A stretch of DNA of 64,000 nucleotides from Gammaproteobacteria bacterium. GTDB taxonomy: Bacteria; Pseudomonadota; Gammaproteobacteria; Ga0077536. The notes below the pieces were generated by a model. The model was not told the DNA's origin, ran no database searches, and saw only the letters and a list, made by a program, of their open reading frames with translations. Within the stretch, counting starts at the first letter, position 1; every line of letters begins with the position of its first letter. Of this stretch, positions 1 through 12,432 are shown in pieces. The DNA lies in contig JBHIYN010000005.1 of assembly GCA_041984235.1 (NCBI GenBank), forward strand, positions 195,083-259,082, read 5' to 3'. Position numbers and translations under genes: made by a program.

Positions 1-176
1 CGCGCCTGTTCGCCAACAGCGACCTCAGCGCCGGCCGCATCAAGGTCGTCAGCGAGGCGGGAACGGTCTACCTGATGGGCCTGGTGAGTACCGGGCAGGG
101 GGACCTGGCGGCCGAGATCGCGAGCACCACGGCGGGCGTACAGAAAGTCGTCAAGCTGTTCGAGCCGGCGCCGTAA
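1..176 (+). CDS. dolP: C-terminal fragment of BON-domain outer-membrane lipoprotein (DolP/YraP-like); 5' end lies outside the window
   Basis: Frame 3 gives ...GRIKVVSEAGTVYLMGLVSTGQGDLAAEIASTTAGVQKVVKLFEPAP*, the characteristic BON-domain C-terminus of YraP/DolP. Stop TAA at 174-176. Confidence 0.6.
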   Translation, partial: RLFANSDLSAGRIKVVSEAGTVYLMGLVSTGQGDLAAEIASTTAGVQKVVKLFEPAP

Positions 177-188
177 CGCCGCCGCGCG

Positions 189-611
189 TTACTTGACGAC
201 GGTCAGGTGCGGCGCGCGGGCGGCGGGCGACCGGGCGCCCTCGCCTGCGCTGTCGGTGTCGTCGGCGGCTTCGGCACCCTCCGCGGCAGGCGCAGGCTCG
301 ACCTCGCTGTCGCCGAGGAAGATGCCCTGCCCGTTCTCGCGCGCGTAGACCGCCTGCACCGCTTCCAGCGGCACTACCAGGTAGTGCGGGGTGCCCGCGA
401 AGCGCGCGCTGAAGGTGACGCGCTCGTTGCCGAGGTCGAGATCGCGCACGGCACTTGGTGACACGTTGAGCACGATGACACCGTTCTCGACGTACTGCAG
501 CGGCACATCCACGCCTTCGCGCCCGGCTTCGACCAGCAGGTGCGGGGTCATGCCGTTGTCCACGATCCACTCGTAGATCGCGCGCAGCAGGTAAGGGCGG
601 GTCGAGGTCAC
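189..611 (-). CDS. sspB: ClpXP adaptor / stringent starvation protein B
   Basis: 140 aa starting MTSTRPYLLRAIYEWIVDNGMTPHLLV, the SspB N-terminal signature, with an acidic C-terminal tail. Lies immediately downstream of sspA. Confidence 0.9.
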   Translation of the reverse strand: MTSTRPYLLRAIYEWIVDNGMTPHLLVEAGREGVDVPLQYVENGVIVLNVSPSAVRDLDLGNERVTFSARFAGTPHYLVVPLEAVQAVYARENGQGIFLGDSEVEPAPAAEGAEAADDTDSAGEGARSPAARAPHLTVVK

Positions 612-644
612 GGTCTCACAGCCGGCAGTACGACGCCGTCGCGC

Positions 645-1280
645 TCAGCGAATTTCCTGCTCGAACGGCGACAGGCTGTTCTGGAAGGCGCGGCGATCGA
701 AGAGCTTGTCGCCATACTGCACCAGCGGCTTGGCCGGCGCGCCGAGCTTGAGCCCGTAGCGCGGCAGGCGCCACAGCAGCGGCGCCATCGCGAGATCAAC
801 CAGCGAGAACTCGTCGGACATGAAGAACGGGAACTGCGAGAACACCGGCGCGATGGCGAGCAGGTTGTCGCGCAGGGACTTGCGCGCATTGGCCGCGGCG
901 ATGTCATTGTCGCCCTCGATCTCCCCGGCGAGCGTATAGAGATCGCGCACGATGCGGTAGCGAAACTGGCGGTTGTTGGCGCGCGAGACCGGGTCGACGG
1001 GCATCAGCGGCGGATGCGGGTAACGCTCGTCGAGGTACTCCATCATGATCTGGGCGTCGTAGAGGACGAGGTCGCGATCGACCAGCGTCAGCAACGTCCC
1101 GTACGGGTTCAGATCGTTGAGATCCTCGGGCTTGTTGTCCTCGTCGATGAAGTTGATGTCGACGTTGATATCCTTCTCGGTCAGCACCAGGCGCACGCTA
1201 TGGCCCAGCGGATCGGTGGCGTCAGCATACAGCGTCATCACCGACCGCCGGTTAGCGAGGGCGGTCATATCAATGAACAT
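645..1280 (-). CDS. sspA: stringent starvation protein A (GST-fold RNAP-associated protein)
   Basis: 211 aa with a GST-like fold (MTLYADATDPLGHSVRLVLTEKDINVDINFID...). Conserved pet-sspA-sspB synteny. Confidence 0.9.
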   Translation of the reverse strand: MFIDMTALANRRSVMTLYADATDPLGHSVRLVLTEKDINVDINFIDEDNKPEDLNDLNPYGTLLTLVDRDLVLYDAQIMMEYLDERYPHPPLMPVDPVSRANNRQFRYRIVRDLYTLAGEIEGDNDIAAANARKSLRDNLLAIAPVFSQFPFFMSDEFSLVDLAMAPLLWRLPRYGLKLGAPAKPLVQYGDKLFDRRAFQNSLSPFEQEIR

Positions 1281-2010
1281 CCTTCCAGTATTCCCGCTTC
1301 ATCAGGTAGGTCGCACCCAGCAGTACGAACAGGAAAGCGATGACCCAGAAACCGATGCGGTAGCGCACGAGCTTGGCCGGCTCGCCCATGTAGACGAGGA
1401 ACGCGGTCAGGTCGCGGGTCGCCTTGCGGTACCCGGCCTCGCTCAGCTTGCCGGCCACGACCTGCTCGAAGTGCGGGCCGGCGTCATGGCCGTCGTGCTC
1501 GTCACCCGCCTGCTCGACCAGGCGATTCACGCCCTGCAGTTCCCACAGCACGTGCGGCATCGCCGTTTCGGCGAAGTAGAGATTGTTGACCCCGGTCGGG
1601 CGCGAGTCGTCGACGTAGAAGCCGTTCAGGAACGAGTACAGCCAGTCGGCGCCGCGCGCGCGAGCGATGACGCTGAGATCGGGCGGGGCGACACCGAACC
1701 AGGTCTCGGCGTCGCCGGCCGGCATCGCCACCGTCATGGTGTCGCCGACCTTGTCCGATGCGAACATGAGGTTGTCCTTGACCGCGTCTTCACTGAGACC
1801 GAGGTCTTCGGCCATGCGGTTGTAGCGCATGTACTTCGCCGAGTGGCAGCTCAGGCAGTAATTGACGAACAGGCGCGCGCCGCGCTGCAGGGCAACCTTG
1901 TTGCTGAGGTTGACGTCGGCGGAGAGCAACTCGGGCCCATGCCCGCCGGCCGCCGTCGCCGTGCCTGCCGCGCCGGCCAGGAAAGCCGCAAGTACGATTC
2001 GCTTGATCAT
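1270..2010 (-). CDS. petC: ubiquinol-cytochrome c reductase, cytochrome c1 subunit
   Basis: 246 aa from MIKRIVLAAF (signal peptide). CxxCH heme motif (YCLSCHSAKY) and a C-terminal TM anchor. The start overlaps the petB stop (ATGA). The 516-aa ORF in the track is an out-of-frame 5' extension. Confidence 0.9.
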   Translation of the reverse strand: MIKRIVLAAFLAGAAGTATAAGGHGPELLSADVNLSNKVALQRGARLFVNYCLSCHSAKYMRYNRMAEDLGLSEDAVKDNLMFASDKVGDTMTVAMPAGDAETWFGVAPPDLSVIARARGADWLYSFLNGFYVDDSRPTGVNNLYFAETAMPHVLWELQGVNRLVEQAGDEHDGHDAGPHFEQVVAGKLSEAGYRKATRDLTAFLVYMGEPAKLVRYRIGFWVIAFLFVLLGATYLMKREYWKDVH

Positions 2011-3260
2011 CCCGTCACCCTCTCCGGAACCGGCTTGGTCTTGTCCCACTTCGAGTAAAACGGCATCAGGAGGAAGAACGCGAAGTAGAGAATCGTGCAT
2101 ACCTGGGCCACCGCCGTACGTCCGTCGGTGGGCGGCAGCAGGCCGAGATAGCCCAGGATCAGGAACGCGATCACGAACACCGTCAGCGCGATCTTGTGCA
2201 GCGGGCCGCGGTAGCGGATCGACTTCACCGGCGAGCGGTCCAGCCACGGCAGCAGGAAGAAGATCATCGTGCCGAGACCCATGAAGATCACGCCCCACAG
2301 CTTGGCCGGTACGCCGAAGAAGTTGACCGTGTTGGCGCGAAGGATCGAGTAGAACGGCGTGAAGTACCACACCGGCGCGATGTGCTCCGGCGTCTTCAGC
2401 GGGTCGGCCGGCACGAAGTTGTTGTGCTCGAGGAAGTAGCCGCCCATCTCCGGCGCAAAGAAGACCACGCCGGCAAAGACGATCAGGAACACCACCAGGC
2501 CGAAGGAATCCTTCACGGTGTAGTAAGGATGGAACGGGATGCCGTCCAGCGGCTTGCCGTCCGGTCCCTTGACCGCCTTGATCTCGACGCCGTCGGGGTT
2601 GTTGGAGCCGACTTCGTGCAGGGCGATGATGTGCAGCGCGACCAGTCCCGCGATGGCGAACGGCAGGGCGATGACGTGGAAGGAGAAGAAGCGGTTCAGG
2701 GTGATGTCCGAGACCACGTAATCGCCGCGAATCCACAGCGAGAGCGTCTCGCCGACGAACGGTATCGCACCGAACAGCGAGATGATGACCTGCGCCCCCC
2801 AGTACGACATCTGCCCCCACGGCAGCAGGTAGCCGAAGAAGGCCTCGGCCATCAGCGAGAGGTAGATGAACATGCCCAGGATCCAGATCAGCTCGCGCGG
2901 CTTCTTGTAGGAGCCGTAGAGCAATGCCCGGAACATGTGCAGGTAGACGACGATGAAGAAGAACGAGGCGCCGGTGGAGTGCATGTAGCGGATCAGCCAG
3001 CCCCAGTCGACGTCACGCATGATGTACTCGACCGATCCGAAGGCGAGGGTGGCATCCGGCTTGTAGTTCATCACCAGCCAGATGCCGGTGATGATCTGGA
3101 TCGCCAGCACGACCAGCGAGAGCGCGCCGAAGTAGTACCAGAAGTTGAAGTTCTTGGGCGCGTAATAGGCGCCCATGTGGTCGTTCCACAGCTGCATCAG
3201 CGGGAAACGATCGTCGACCCAGTCTCGCAGGCCGGTCAGTCCTTTCACGATGGCGTTCAT
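2007..3260 (-). CDS. petB: ubiquinol-cytochrome c reductase, cytochrome b subunit
   Basis: 417 aa, multi-TM, with typical cytochrome b sequence (MNAIVKGLTGLRDWVDDRFP...YYFGALSL...). Lies between petA and petC. Confidence 0.95.
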   Translation of the reverse strand: MNAIVKGLTGLRDWVDDRFPLMQLWNDHMGAYYAPKNFNFWYYFGALSLVVLAIQIITGIWLVMNYKPDATLAFGSVEYIMRDVDWGWLIRYMHSTGASFFFIVVYLHMFRALLYGSYKKPRELIWILGMFIYLSLMAEAFFGYLLPWGQMSYWGAQVIISLFGAIPFVGETLSLWIRGDYVVSDITLNRFFSFHVIALPFAIAGLVALHIIALHEVGSNNPDGVEIKAVKGPDGKPLDGIPFHPYYTVKDSFGLVVFLIVFAGVVFFAPEMGGYFLEHNNFVPADPLKTPEHIAPVWYFTPFYSILRANTVNFFGVPAKLWGVIFMGLGTMIFFLLPWLDRSPVKSIRYRGPLHKIALTVFVIAFLILGYLGLLPPTDGRTAVAQVCTILYFAFFLLMPFYSKWDKTKPVPERVTG

Positions 3261-3856
3261 GCTGCGCCGTCCTCCAGCTCACCGATCATGATGTGCCCCT
3301 CGTCGAGGTAGCGATACGGCGGCACCTCCATGTTGGTCGGCGCGGGAACGCCGGCGTAGACCCGTCCGGAGAGGTCGAATTTCGAGCCGTGGCAGGGGCA
3401 GTAGAAGCCACCCTTCCAGTCGCTGCCCATGCCCTCGGCGTCCGCGCTGGGGAAGAAGTTGGGCGAACAGCCGAGATGGGTGCAGATGCCGACGAGAACG
3501 AGGTACTCGGGCTTGGCGGCACGAAACGGGTTCTGCGCAAACTCCGGCTGTTGCGATTCGCTCGATTCCGGGTCGCGCAGCACACCATCGGTCATGCTCT
3601 CCAGCGCGGCCAGTTGCTCCTCGGTGCGGCGCACGATCCACACCGGTTTGCCGCGCCACTTGTAGATGATGCGCTGGCCCGGCTCGATGTTGCTGATGTC
3701 GGCCTCGACCGGCGCGCCGATGGCCTTGGCGCGCGCACTGGGCTGAAAGGTCGCGACGAACGGGATCGCGGCGACTGCCGCCCCGATACCGCCAATGACG
3801 GTTGCCGTGCCGGTGAGAAAACGGCGTCGATCCGGATCGACAGCAGTCTCGCTCAT
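3257..3856 (-). CDS. petA: ubiquinol-cytochrome c reductase, Rieske iron-sulfur subunit
   Basis: 199 aa from MSETAVDPDRRRFLTGT (Tat motif). Rieske boxes CTHLGC and CPCHGS. The CAT start codon was verified at 3854-3856. Confidence 0.9.
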   Translation of the reverse strand: MSETAVDPDRRRFLTGTATVIGGIGAAVAAIPFVATFQPSARAKAIGAPVEADISNIEPGQRIIYKWRGKPVWIVRRTEEQLAALESMTDGVLRDPESSESQQPEFAQNPFRAAKPEYLVLVGICTHLGCSPNFFPSADAEGMGSDWKGGFYCPCHGSKFDLSGRVYAGVPAPTNMEVPPYRYLDEGHIMIGELEDGAA

Positions 3857-4123
3857 GCTCTGCTTGCTCCTAATCGTGATGGTGATGGCAGGCGTGGCCG
3901 GCGCGCGTCCGCGGGCGGCGCCGTGCGCACGGCTGCAATCAATCCGAGTATGCTGCACACCCCGTGCCGCCTTGACCTGCCCCGCGAGCGCTGGATGGGG
4001 CGCGGGGCCATGCGATTCGATGTCGACTTATCAGGGTGTTGCGGTAGATTATACCACCAATTATTTGCCTGCTGCGGCGCCGCTGCAGCGTCCCGGGCAG
4101 CGACTCCGCAGTGCTCGCCGCGC

Positions 4124-5227
4124 ATGAAATTCGTCCTCTTTGCGATCCAGTGGATACTCGTTGGTCTCGGCGCGGCAGTGCTGCTGCTCGCCGGCCGGGC
4201 GCTTCTGGACGGCGGCCTCGCCGCCCTGCCGGGGTCACCCTTCGGCACCAGCGCGGCGAGCGGCTATGCCGCGGCGGTGACGCGCGCGGCGCCGGCCGTG
4301 GTCAGCGTGCACGCGGTCAGCCGCACGGCAGCGGCGCACAACCGGCTGACCGACGATCCGCTGTTCCGCGAGTTCTTCGGCAACACCGATGCGGGCACCG
4401 CGACGCGCCAGGAGACCAGTCTCGGCTCCGGCGTCATCCTCGATGCTTCGGGCATCGTGCTCACCAACTACCACGTGGTGCGCGGGGCGCAGGCGATACG
4501 CGTCTCGCTGCGCGACGGGCGCTCGCACCTCGGCCACATCGTCGGCACCGATCCGGACACCGATCTCGCGGTGCTGCGCATCGACCTGCAGGGGCTGCCG
4601 AGCATTGCCCTCGGCGATTCGGACGCCCTGCGCGTCGGCGACGTGGTCCTCGCCATCGGCAACCCCCTCGGCATCGGCCAGACCGTGACCCAGGGCATCG
4701 TCAGCGCCACCGGCCGCAACCGGGTCGGCATCAATACCTTCGAGAACTTCATCCAGACCGATGCCGCGATCAACTTCGGCAATTCCGGCGGCGCGCTGGT
4801 CAACAGCCGCGGCGAGCTGGTCGGCATCAATTCGGTTCGCGTCGACTCCGAAGGCATCGGGTTCGCCATCCCGACCAGCATCGCGATCGACGTCGCGCGC
4901 CAGATCCTGGCGACCGGCGGCGTTGCCCGCGGCTGGCTCGGCATCGATGCACGCGATCTCACCGCCAGCCTGCGCGAGATGCTCGGCGTCGACAGCGGCA
5001 TCCTGGTGCTGGGCGTGCTCCCGGGCGGGCCGGCCGATCGGGCCGGCCTGCGCACCGGCGACGTCATCACGGCGCTGGGTGCGCAGCCGATCGCCGACTC
5101 GCGCATGGCGATAGAACACATCGCCGCCTTCGCTCCGGGTACACGCATTGCGCTCGAAGCCGTACGCGAGGGCACGGCGTTCTCCACCGAGGTGACCGTG
5201 TCGCGGCGTCCCGTGCCGCGCGGCTGA
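4124..5227 (+). CDS. degS: DegS/AlgW-like periplasmic serine endoprotease (trypsin domain plus one PDZ)
   Basis: 367 aa from MKFVLFAIQWILVGLGAAVLLLAG (N-terminal anchor). Catalytic motifs TNYHVV and GNSGGAL, and a single C-terminal PDZ. The in-frame ATG was verified at 4124. Confidence 0.85.
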   Translation: MKFVLFAIQWILVGLGAAVLLLAGRALLDGGLAALPGSPFGTSAASGYAAAVTRAAPAVVSVHAVSRTAAAHNRLTDDPLFREFFGNTDAGTATRQETSLGSGVILDASGIVLTNYHVVRGAQAIRVSLRDGRSHLGHIVGTDPDTDLAVLRIDLQGLPSIALGDSDALRVGDVVLAIGNPLGIGQTVTQGIVSATGRNRVGINTFENFIQTDAAINFGNSGGALVNSRGELVGINSVRVDSEGIGFAIPTSIAIDVARQILATGGVARGWLGIDARDLTASLREMLGVDSGILVLGVLPGGPADRAGLRTGDVITALGAQPIADSRMAIEHIAAFAPGTRIALEAVREGTAFSTEVTVSRRPVPRG

Positions 5228-5240
5228 ATTCGAGCGGCGC

Positions 5241-6542
5241 CTAGCCGCCGCGCGTACGGTAGGCGGCGGAGCGAGCGTGCGCGTCCAGGCCCTCGGACTC
5301 GGCCAGGGTCGCGGCGACCCGGCCCAGTGCGGCCGCGCCGCCGGCCGAGCACTCGATGATCGAGGAGCGCTTCTGGAAATCGTAGACGCCGAGCGGCGAG
5401 GAGAAGCGCGCGGTGCCCGAGGTCGGCAGCACGTGGTTGGGTCCGGCGCAGTAATCGCCCAGCGCCTCCGGCGTATAGCGGCCGAGGAAGATCGCCCCGG
5501 CATGGCGGATCTGCGGCAACAACGCGCGCGCATCGCCGACCGAAAGCTCCAGGTGCTCGGGCGCGATGCGGTTGGCGAGGGCTACCGCGGCGGCCATGTC
5601 GGGCACCTCGATGAGCGCGCCGCGCGCGGCCAGCGCGCGGCGGATGATCGCTGCGCGCGGCATTTCCGGCAGCAGGCGCTCGATGCTGGCGGCGACGGCG
5701 TCGATGAACGCACGCTCGGGCGAGACCAGGATCGCCTGGGCCTGCTCGTCGTGCTCGGCCTGCGAGAAGAGGTCCATCGCGATCCAGTCCGGATTGCTGC
5801 CACCGTCGCTGATGACGAGGATCTCCGAAGGGCCGGCGATCATGTCGATACCGACACGGCCGAACACCATCGACTTCGCCGTTGCCACGTAGACATTGCC
5901 GGGCCCGACGATCTTGTCCACCGCCGGCACCGTGGCAGTGCCGTAGGCGAGCGCCGCCACCGCCTGCGCACCGCCCACGGTGAACACGCGATCGACGCCG
6001 GCGATGGCCGCCGCGGCCAGCACCACCTCCTCGATCTCACCGTCCGGCGCCGGCACGGTCATGACGATCTCGCCGACTCCCGCGACGCGTGCCGGGATCG
6101 CGTTCATCAGCACCGAGGACGGGTAGGCGGCCTTGCCGCCGGGCACGTAGATGCCGACGCGGTCGAGCGGGGTGACCTGTTGCCCGAGCACGGTGCCGTC
6201 GTCCTCGCGGTAGTCCCAGGAGCCGCTCTTCTGCTTCTCGTGGTAGGCGCGCACGCGCGCCGCCGCCGCCTCCAGGGCTTCGCGCAGCGCGGGGGCGATG
6301 CGTGTGCGGCGATCCGCGAAGTCGCGCACTTCCAGCGCCTCGGCGCGGGTCACGTCGCGGCGGTCGAAGCGGTTGGTGAACTCGATCAGCGCGGCGTCAC
6401 CCTCGCGGCGCACGCGCGCGATGATCTCGCGCACGGCCTCGAAGACCTCCGGCTGCTCCGCCTCGTCGAAGGCCAGCAGGGCCTCGAGCTCACGCTCGAA
6501 ACCGTCGCTGCTCGCGTCCAGGCGCCGAATCGACTCAGTCAT
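5241..6542 (-). CDS. hisD: histidinol dehydrogenase
   Basis: 433 aa. HisD-like throughout (...[30 protein letters not shown]...). Confidence 0.9.
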   Translation of the reverse strand: MTESIRRLDASSDGFERELEALLAFDEAEQPEVFEAVREIIARVRREGDAALIEFTNRFDRRDVTRAEALEVRDFADRRTRIAPALREALEAAAARVRAYHEKQKSGSWDYREDDGTVLGQQVTPLDRVGIYVPGGKAAYPSSVLMNAIPARVAGVGEIVMTVPAPDGEIEEVVLAAAAIAGVDRVFTVGGAQAVAALAYGTATVPAVDKIVGPGNVYVATAKSMVFGRVGIDMIAGPSEILVISDGGSNPDWIAMDLFSQAEHDEQAQAILVSPERAFIDAVAASIERLLPEMPRAAIIRRALAARGALIEVPDMAAAVALANRIAPEHLELSVGDARALLPQIRHAGAIFLGRYTPEALGDYCAGPNHVLPTSGTARFSSPLGVYDFQKRSSIIECSAGGAAALGRVAATLAESEGLDAHARSAAYRTRGG

Positions 6543-7197
6543 CGTCGCGCCTCGTCGCGTCGCGCAGCGCGGCGACGATCTCGCTGACCTGCGCGTGCTT
6601 GGTCTTCAATGCGGCCTTGTTCACGATCAGGCGCGAGCTGATCTCGCAGATCGTCTCCAGCGCGACCAGGCCATTGGCCTTGAGGGTATTGCCGGTGTCG
6701 ACCAGGTCGACGATGCGGTCGGCCAGCCCGACCAGCGGTGCGAGCTCCATCGAGCCGTACAGCTTGATGATCTCAGCCTGCACGCCCTGGCGGGCGAAGT
6801 ACTCGCGCGCGGTGCGTTCGTACTTGGTGGCGATGCGCGGGCGGCTGCCGTAGTCGCCGGCATCGCGCAGCCCGGCGACCATCAGGCGGCAGCGCGCAAT
6901 ACCGAGGTCCAGTGGCTCGTAGTAGTCGCGGCCGGGGTACTCCATCAGCACGTCCTTGCCGGCGATGCCCAGATCGGCCGCACCGTACTCGACGTAGGTG
7001 GGCACGTCGGTGGCGCGGATAACTAGCAGGCGTACGCCCTCGCGGGTGGTGTCCAGGACCAGCTTGCGCGAGGTCTCGGGGTCGTCCGTGGGACGGATGC
7101 CGATGCGCTCGAGCAAGGGCATGGCCTGCTCGAAGATGCGCCCTTTCGACACCGCGATGACGATGCCCCCGGGGTGCCTGTTCATGTTCCCGGCCAT
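6535..7197 (-). CDS. hisG: ATP phosphoribosyltransferase (short form)
   Basis: About 220 aa (...[24 protein letters not shown]...). Overlaps the hisD start. The start is one of the internal Met codons of the 235-aa ORF, so its exact position is uncertain. Confidence 0.8.
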   Translation of the reverse strand: MAGNMNRHPGGIVIAVSKGRIFEQAMPLLERIGIRPTDDPETSRKLVLDTTREGVRLLVIRATDVPTYVEYGAADLGIAGKDVLMEYPGRDYYEPLDLGIARCRLMVAGLRDAGDYGSRPRIATKYERTAREYFARQGVQAEIIKLYGSMELAPLVGLADRIVDLVDTGNTLKANGLVALETICEISSRLIVNKAALKTKHAQVSEIVAALRDATRRDDD

Positions 7198-7213
7198 GCT
7201 CGCGCTCGCAGGC

Positions 7214-8829
<1,616 letters not shown>

Positions 8830-8864
8830 GGTGCCAGGCCGGTCAGTGGGGGAGCGTCGCCGCT

Positions 8865-9473
8865 TCAGTTGTCATACTGCGCGTTCTTGCTCGACAGCGA
8901 GGCGATCAGGCCGTCCAGGCCGCCGTCGCGGATCATCGAGCCGAACGAGGCGCGGTAGGTCTTGACCAGGCTGACGCCGTCGACCGAGACGTCGAACACC
9001 TTCCACTCGCCGCTCTTGTTGTGCAGGCGGTAGACGATGGGAATGCCGCCGCCGCCCGGCTGCGCAATGTGCTGGCGCACCATCGCCGTCCTGGCGTTGG
9101 GCTTCTGCTCGACCGGGGGATAGGTGATTTCCTGGTCCGAAAACTCGAGCAGCGCGGTGGCGTAGGTGCGCACCAGCAGGCGCCGGAACTGCTCGACGAA
9201 ATCGCCGCGCAGGGTCTCGTCGGCGTTGTTCCAGTGCTCGCCCAGCACCCACTGCGACATGATGCCGAAGTCGAAGTGCGGGAAGATCAGCTCGGAGACC
9301 AGCTTGAACATCTTCGCCGGATCGGCGCGCAGCGCGTCCTTCTCGCTCTGCACGCGCTCCAGCACCTGGTCGGTGGTGGTCTGCACGATCACGGTCGCGT
9401 CGTCGGCGGCGACGGCCGGTCCTGCCGCGAACCACAGCGCGAGCGCCATCGGCAGTGCCAGAAATCGTTTCAT
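8865..9473 (-). CDS. mlaC: phospholipid-binding periplasmic protein MlaC (Ttg2D family)
   Basis: About 202 aa with a signal peptide (MKRFLALPMALALWFAAGPAVA) and a Tgt2/MlaC-like body. There is no mlaB between it and ibaG, and no mlaFED upstream. Confidence 0.8.
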   Translation of the reverse strand: MKRFLALPMALALWFAAGPAVAADDATVIVQTTTDQVLERVQSEKDALRADPAKMFKLVSELIFPHFDFGIMSQWVLGEHWNNADETLRGDFVEQFRRLLVRTYATALLEFSDQEITYPPVEQKPNARTAMVRQHIAQPGGGGIPIVYRLHNKSGEWKVFDVSVDGVSLVKTYRASFGSMIRDGGLDGLIASLSSKNAQYDN

Positions 9474-9617
9474 TCTCGAGGTCCTCATCAGCGGGTTCCA
9501 GCGTCGGCGGAAGTGGCTGCGTACCGCGTATTATCGCGCCTCGCGCCGCCGCCCCGGCGGCGCTCGAAGCGGCGCGCGCGGGGTGGCGTAATGTAGCACA
9601 AAGTGCCCGCGCGGCGC

Positions 9618-10004
9618 TCAGTCGCGGGTCTCGACCAGCTCCACCTTGTAGCCGTCCGGATCCTCGACGAAAGCGATCACCGTGGAGCCGCCTTTCATCG
9701 GCCCGGCGTCGCGCACGACCTTGCCGCCGCGCGAGCGGATCTCCTCGCAGGCGGCGTAGACGTCACCGACCCCGAGCGCGATATGGCCATAGGCATCGCC
9801 CAGGTCGTAGCGCTCGGTGTCCCAGTTGTGGGTCAGCTCGAGCACGGTGTGGTCGGACTCGTCGCCATAGCCGACGAAGGCCAGCGTGAAGCGACCCGAG
9901 GGATAGTCCTTGCGCCGCAGCAGGCGCATGCCGAGCACCTCGGTGTAGAACGCGATGGAGGCATCCAGGTCGGTGACCCGGAGCATGGTGTGGAGCATTC
10001 GCAT
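9618..10004 (-). CDS. gloA: lactoylglutathione lyase (glyoxalase I)
   Basis: 128 aa from [26 protein letters not shown], ending ...[11 protein letters not shown]. This is the classic GloA sequence. Confidence 0.9.
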   Translation of the reverse strand: MRMLHTMLRVTDLDASIAFYTEVLGMRLLRRKDYPSGRFTLAFVGYGDESDHTVLELTHNWDTERYDLGDAYGHIALGVGDVYAACEEIRSRGGKVVRDAGPMKGGSTVIAFVEDPDGYKVELVETRD

Positions 10005-10066
10005 GGTGTTGCCCTCCCGGCCCGCAGCGGGCCTAGTCCGAGTGCCCGCCGCGCGGCGGCGCACGA

Positions 10067-11257
10067 TCAGTCGATGGTAATCGTTATCCCTGCCGCAGCG
10101 CTGCGCGCCAGGGCGCGCGCCGACTCGACGTCCCCGGCGCGCGCCAGGGTCACCGCCAGGCGGCGCTTGCCGGCGACCTCCGGCTTGCCGAACACGCGCA
10201 CCTCGACCCCCGGCGTGTTCATGGCCTCGACCACGCCGGCGTAGCGGATGTCGCGGCCGTGTCCGCTGCCGAGCACCGCGCAGCTCGCCGACGGGCCGAG
10301 CAGCTCGATCGGCGGTACCTTCACGCCAAGCAGCGCACGCACGTGCAGGGCGAATTCGGACACCGTCTGCGACACCAGGGTCACCATGCCGGTGTCGTGG
10401 GGACGCGGCGAGACCTCGCTGAACCAGACCTCGTCACCGCGCACGAACAGCTCGACGCCGAACAGGCCGTGACCGCCGAGCGCGTCGGTGATGGTGCGCG
10501 CGATGTCGCAGGCACGCCGCCGCGCGGTCTCGCTCATCGCCTGTGGCTGCCACGACTCGCGGTAGTCGCCGTCGACCTGCAGATGCCCGATCGGCGCACA
10601 GAAATCGGTGCCCCCGGCATGGCGCACGGTGAGCAGGGTGATCTCGTAGTCGAACTCGACGAAACCCTCGACGATGACCCGCGCGCGGCCGGCGCGCCCA
10701 CCGCTGACCGCAGCCTGCCAGGCGGCCGCGGCTTCCGCCGGCCCGCGCACCGTGACCTGCCCCTTGCCCGAGGAGCTCATCACCGGCTTGACGATGCACG
10801 GCACCCCGACCGTAGCGACCGCCTCGATGCATTCCGCCTCGCTGCCGGCGAAGCGGTAGGCCGACGTCGCCAATCCCAGCTCTTCGGCCGCCAGGCGCCG
10901 GATGCCCTCGCGATCCATGGTCAGGCGGGTGGCGGTCGCGGTCGGCACCACGTTGAGGCCGGCGGCCTCGAGCTCGACCAGGGTCTCGGTCGCGATCGCC
11001 TCGACCTCGGGCACCACGTAGTGTGGCCGTTCCTGCTCGATCACCGCGCGCAGCGCGGCGCCGTCGAGCATGTCGATGACGTGCGCACGGTGCGCGAACT
11101 GCATCGCCGGCGCGCCGGCGTAGCGATCGACGGCGATCACCTCCAGCCCCAGTCGCATCGCCTCCAGCGCCACCTCGCGGCCCAGCTCACCGGATCCCAG
11201 CAGCAGCAGACGGGTCGCGCCGGCAGTGAGCGGGGTTCCGATCGCAGGCGTGCTCAT
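10067..11257 (-). CDS. purT: formate-dependent phosphoribosylglycinamide formyltransferase (GAR transformylase 2)
   Basis: 396 aa from [29 protein letters not shown], with an ATP-grasp fold. The CAT start was verified at 11255-11257. The 551-aa ORF is a 5' extension. Confidence 0.9.
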   Translation of the reverse strand: MSTPAIGTPLTAGATRLLLLGSGELGREVALEAMRLGLEVIAVDRYAGAPAMQFAHRAHVIDMLDGAALRAVIEQERPHYVVPEVEAIATETLVELEAAGLNVVPTATATRLTMDREGIRRLAAEELGLATSAYRFAGSEAECIEAVATVGVPCIVKPVMSSSGKGQVTVRGPAEAAAAWQAAVSGGRAGRARVIVEGFVEFDYEITLLTVRHAGGTDFCAPIGHLQVDGDYRESWQPQAMSETARRRACDIARTITDALGGHGLFGVELFVRGDEVWFSEVSPRPHDTGMVTLVSQTVSEFALHVRALLGVKVPPIELLGPSASCAVLGSGHGRDIRYAGVVEAMNTPGVEVRVFGKPEVAGKRRLAVTLARAGDVESARALARSAAAGITITID

Positions 11258-11276
11258 GGAATGCAGTGTCTTCGTG

Positions 11277-12341
11277 TCATGCGGCGGCCGGCACGGTGAA
11301 TCCGAGCGCGGCGAGTTCGGCGACAGTATCGGCGGCGAGTCCGGCAGGCGCAACGGTGTAGCTCGCGAACTCGCGGCGCAGGCCGTGCCGGCGCCGGATG
11401 GCATCGAATTCGGCGCCGCGTGCGGCCTCGTCCAGGCCGGCGAGATCGCGCATGCGCGCGGTGTGGGCGGCGAGCGGGTGCACCGCGCCGAGGATCTCCG
11501 TGACACCCTGGCCGCTGCCACCCAGCACTTCCGGGTTCGGCGGCAGCAGCGCAGGCAGCACGGCGCTGACGTCCAGGTGGCGTGCCAGCGCGGCATGCAG
11601 CAGGGCACTGGCGTTGGCGCGCGCTTCGCGGCTGTGGCCGGCGATGTGCGGGCTGGCCTGCCAGGCCCGGCGCACGAGTCCGGCGTCGATCGCCGGCTCG
11701 CCGGCCCAGCAGTCGAGGGCAACCTGCAGCGCGTCGCCGTCGGCGAGACGCGCGGCCAGGGCGCGCTCGTCGACCACGCCGCCGCGCGCGGCGTTGATCA
11801 GCAGCGCCCCGGGACGCAGCCGTGCCAGGCGCGCGGCATCGATGAGTTTCAGCGTCGGCCACGCGCCTCCGGCGACCAGCGGCACGTGCAGCGATACCAC
11901 GTCGCGCTCGAGCACCTCGTCCAGCGTCGCGCTGGTCACCCCGGGCAGGTCGCCGCCCAGGGGTGGATCGTTGGCGACGCAGCGCACGCCGATGCCGTCG
12001 AGCAGGCGCGCCAGCGCGCGCCCGACGTTGCCGTAGCCGACGATGCCGACTTCCAGCGCGGACACCGGCACGCCGCGCGTCGCGGCATGCGCGTAAAGGC
12101 AGCAGGCGACGTGCTCGGCCACCGCGCGTGCGTTGCACCCTGTGGCATCCGCGAAGTGAATACCCACTTCGCGCAGCCAGGCCTGGTCGACGTGATCGGC
12201 GCCCGCCGTCGCGGTACCCACGAAGCGCACCCGGCTGCCGCCGAGCAGGCCGGCATCGACCCGCGTCACCGAGCGCACCAGCAGCACCTCGGCATGGCCG
12301 ATGTCGGCGGCGGTCAGCGCACGACCGTCGAACAGCCGCAC
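11277..12341 (-). CDS. pdxB: erythronate-4-phosphate dehydrogenase (D-2-hydroxyacid dehydrogenase family)
   Basis: 354 aa. [13 protein letters not shown]...[13 protein letters not shown] matches the PdxB signature. Confidence 0.75.
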   Translation of the reverse strand: MRLFDGRALTAADIGHAEVLLVRSVTRVDAGLLGGSRVRFVGTATAGADHVDQAWLREVGIHFADATGCNARAVAEHVACCLYAHAATRGVPVSALEVGIVGYGNVGRALARLLDGIGVRCVANDPPLGGDLPGVTSATLDEVLERDVVSLHVPLVAGGAWPTLKLIDAARLARLRPGALLINAARGGVVDERALAARLADGDALQVALDCWAGEPAIDAGLVRRAWQASPHIAGHSREARANASALLHAALARHLDVSAVLPALLPPNPEVLGGSGQGVTEILGAVHPLAAHTARMRDLAGLDEAARGAEFDAIRRRHGLRREFASYTVAPAGLAADTVAELAALGFTVPAAA

Positions 12342-12432
12342 CGTGCCGAACGCGCCGAACGCCTCCCGCGCGCCGCTGATCTCGCGGTCTACGAGCAGTT
12401 CCAGCGGGTCAGGCCCCGTTCCCGCGGCGAGC

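Noticed and set aside
1270-2820. 516-aa minus-strand ORF spanning petC and running antisense and out of frame through petB
   Set aside because: Only the last 246 codons (from MIKRIVLAAF) are cytochrome c1. The upstream part is Arg/Gly/Ala-rich and out of frame relative to petB. It is a GC-composition read-through.
3293-5227. 644-aa plus-strand ORF covering the petA region and the protease gene
   Set aside because: The first 277 codons are antisense to petA and the intergenic region. The real degS-like gene starts at the in-frame ATG at 4124 (MKFVLF..., signal anchor).
10259-11299. 346-aa plus-strand ORF antisense to purT. Similar long antisense ORFs exist at 15491-16783 (versus tgt), 16635-17975 (versus queA), 28562-29383 (versus pcoB), 29320-30948 (versus pcoA), 40966-43377 (versus copA), 47863-50349 (versus the giant protein) and 51681-52730 (versus the STAND gene)
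   Set aside because: These have Arg/Ala/Gly/Asp/His-dominated, low-complexity translations with no motifs. This is the typical mirror-frame artefact of about 70% GC coding DNA. Each fully overlaps a well-supported gene on the other strand.
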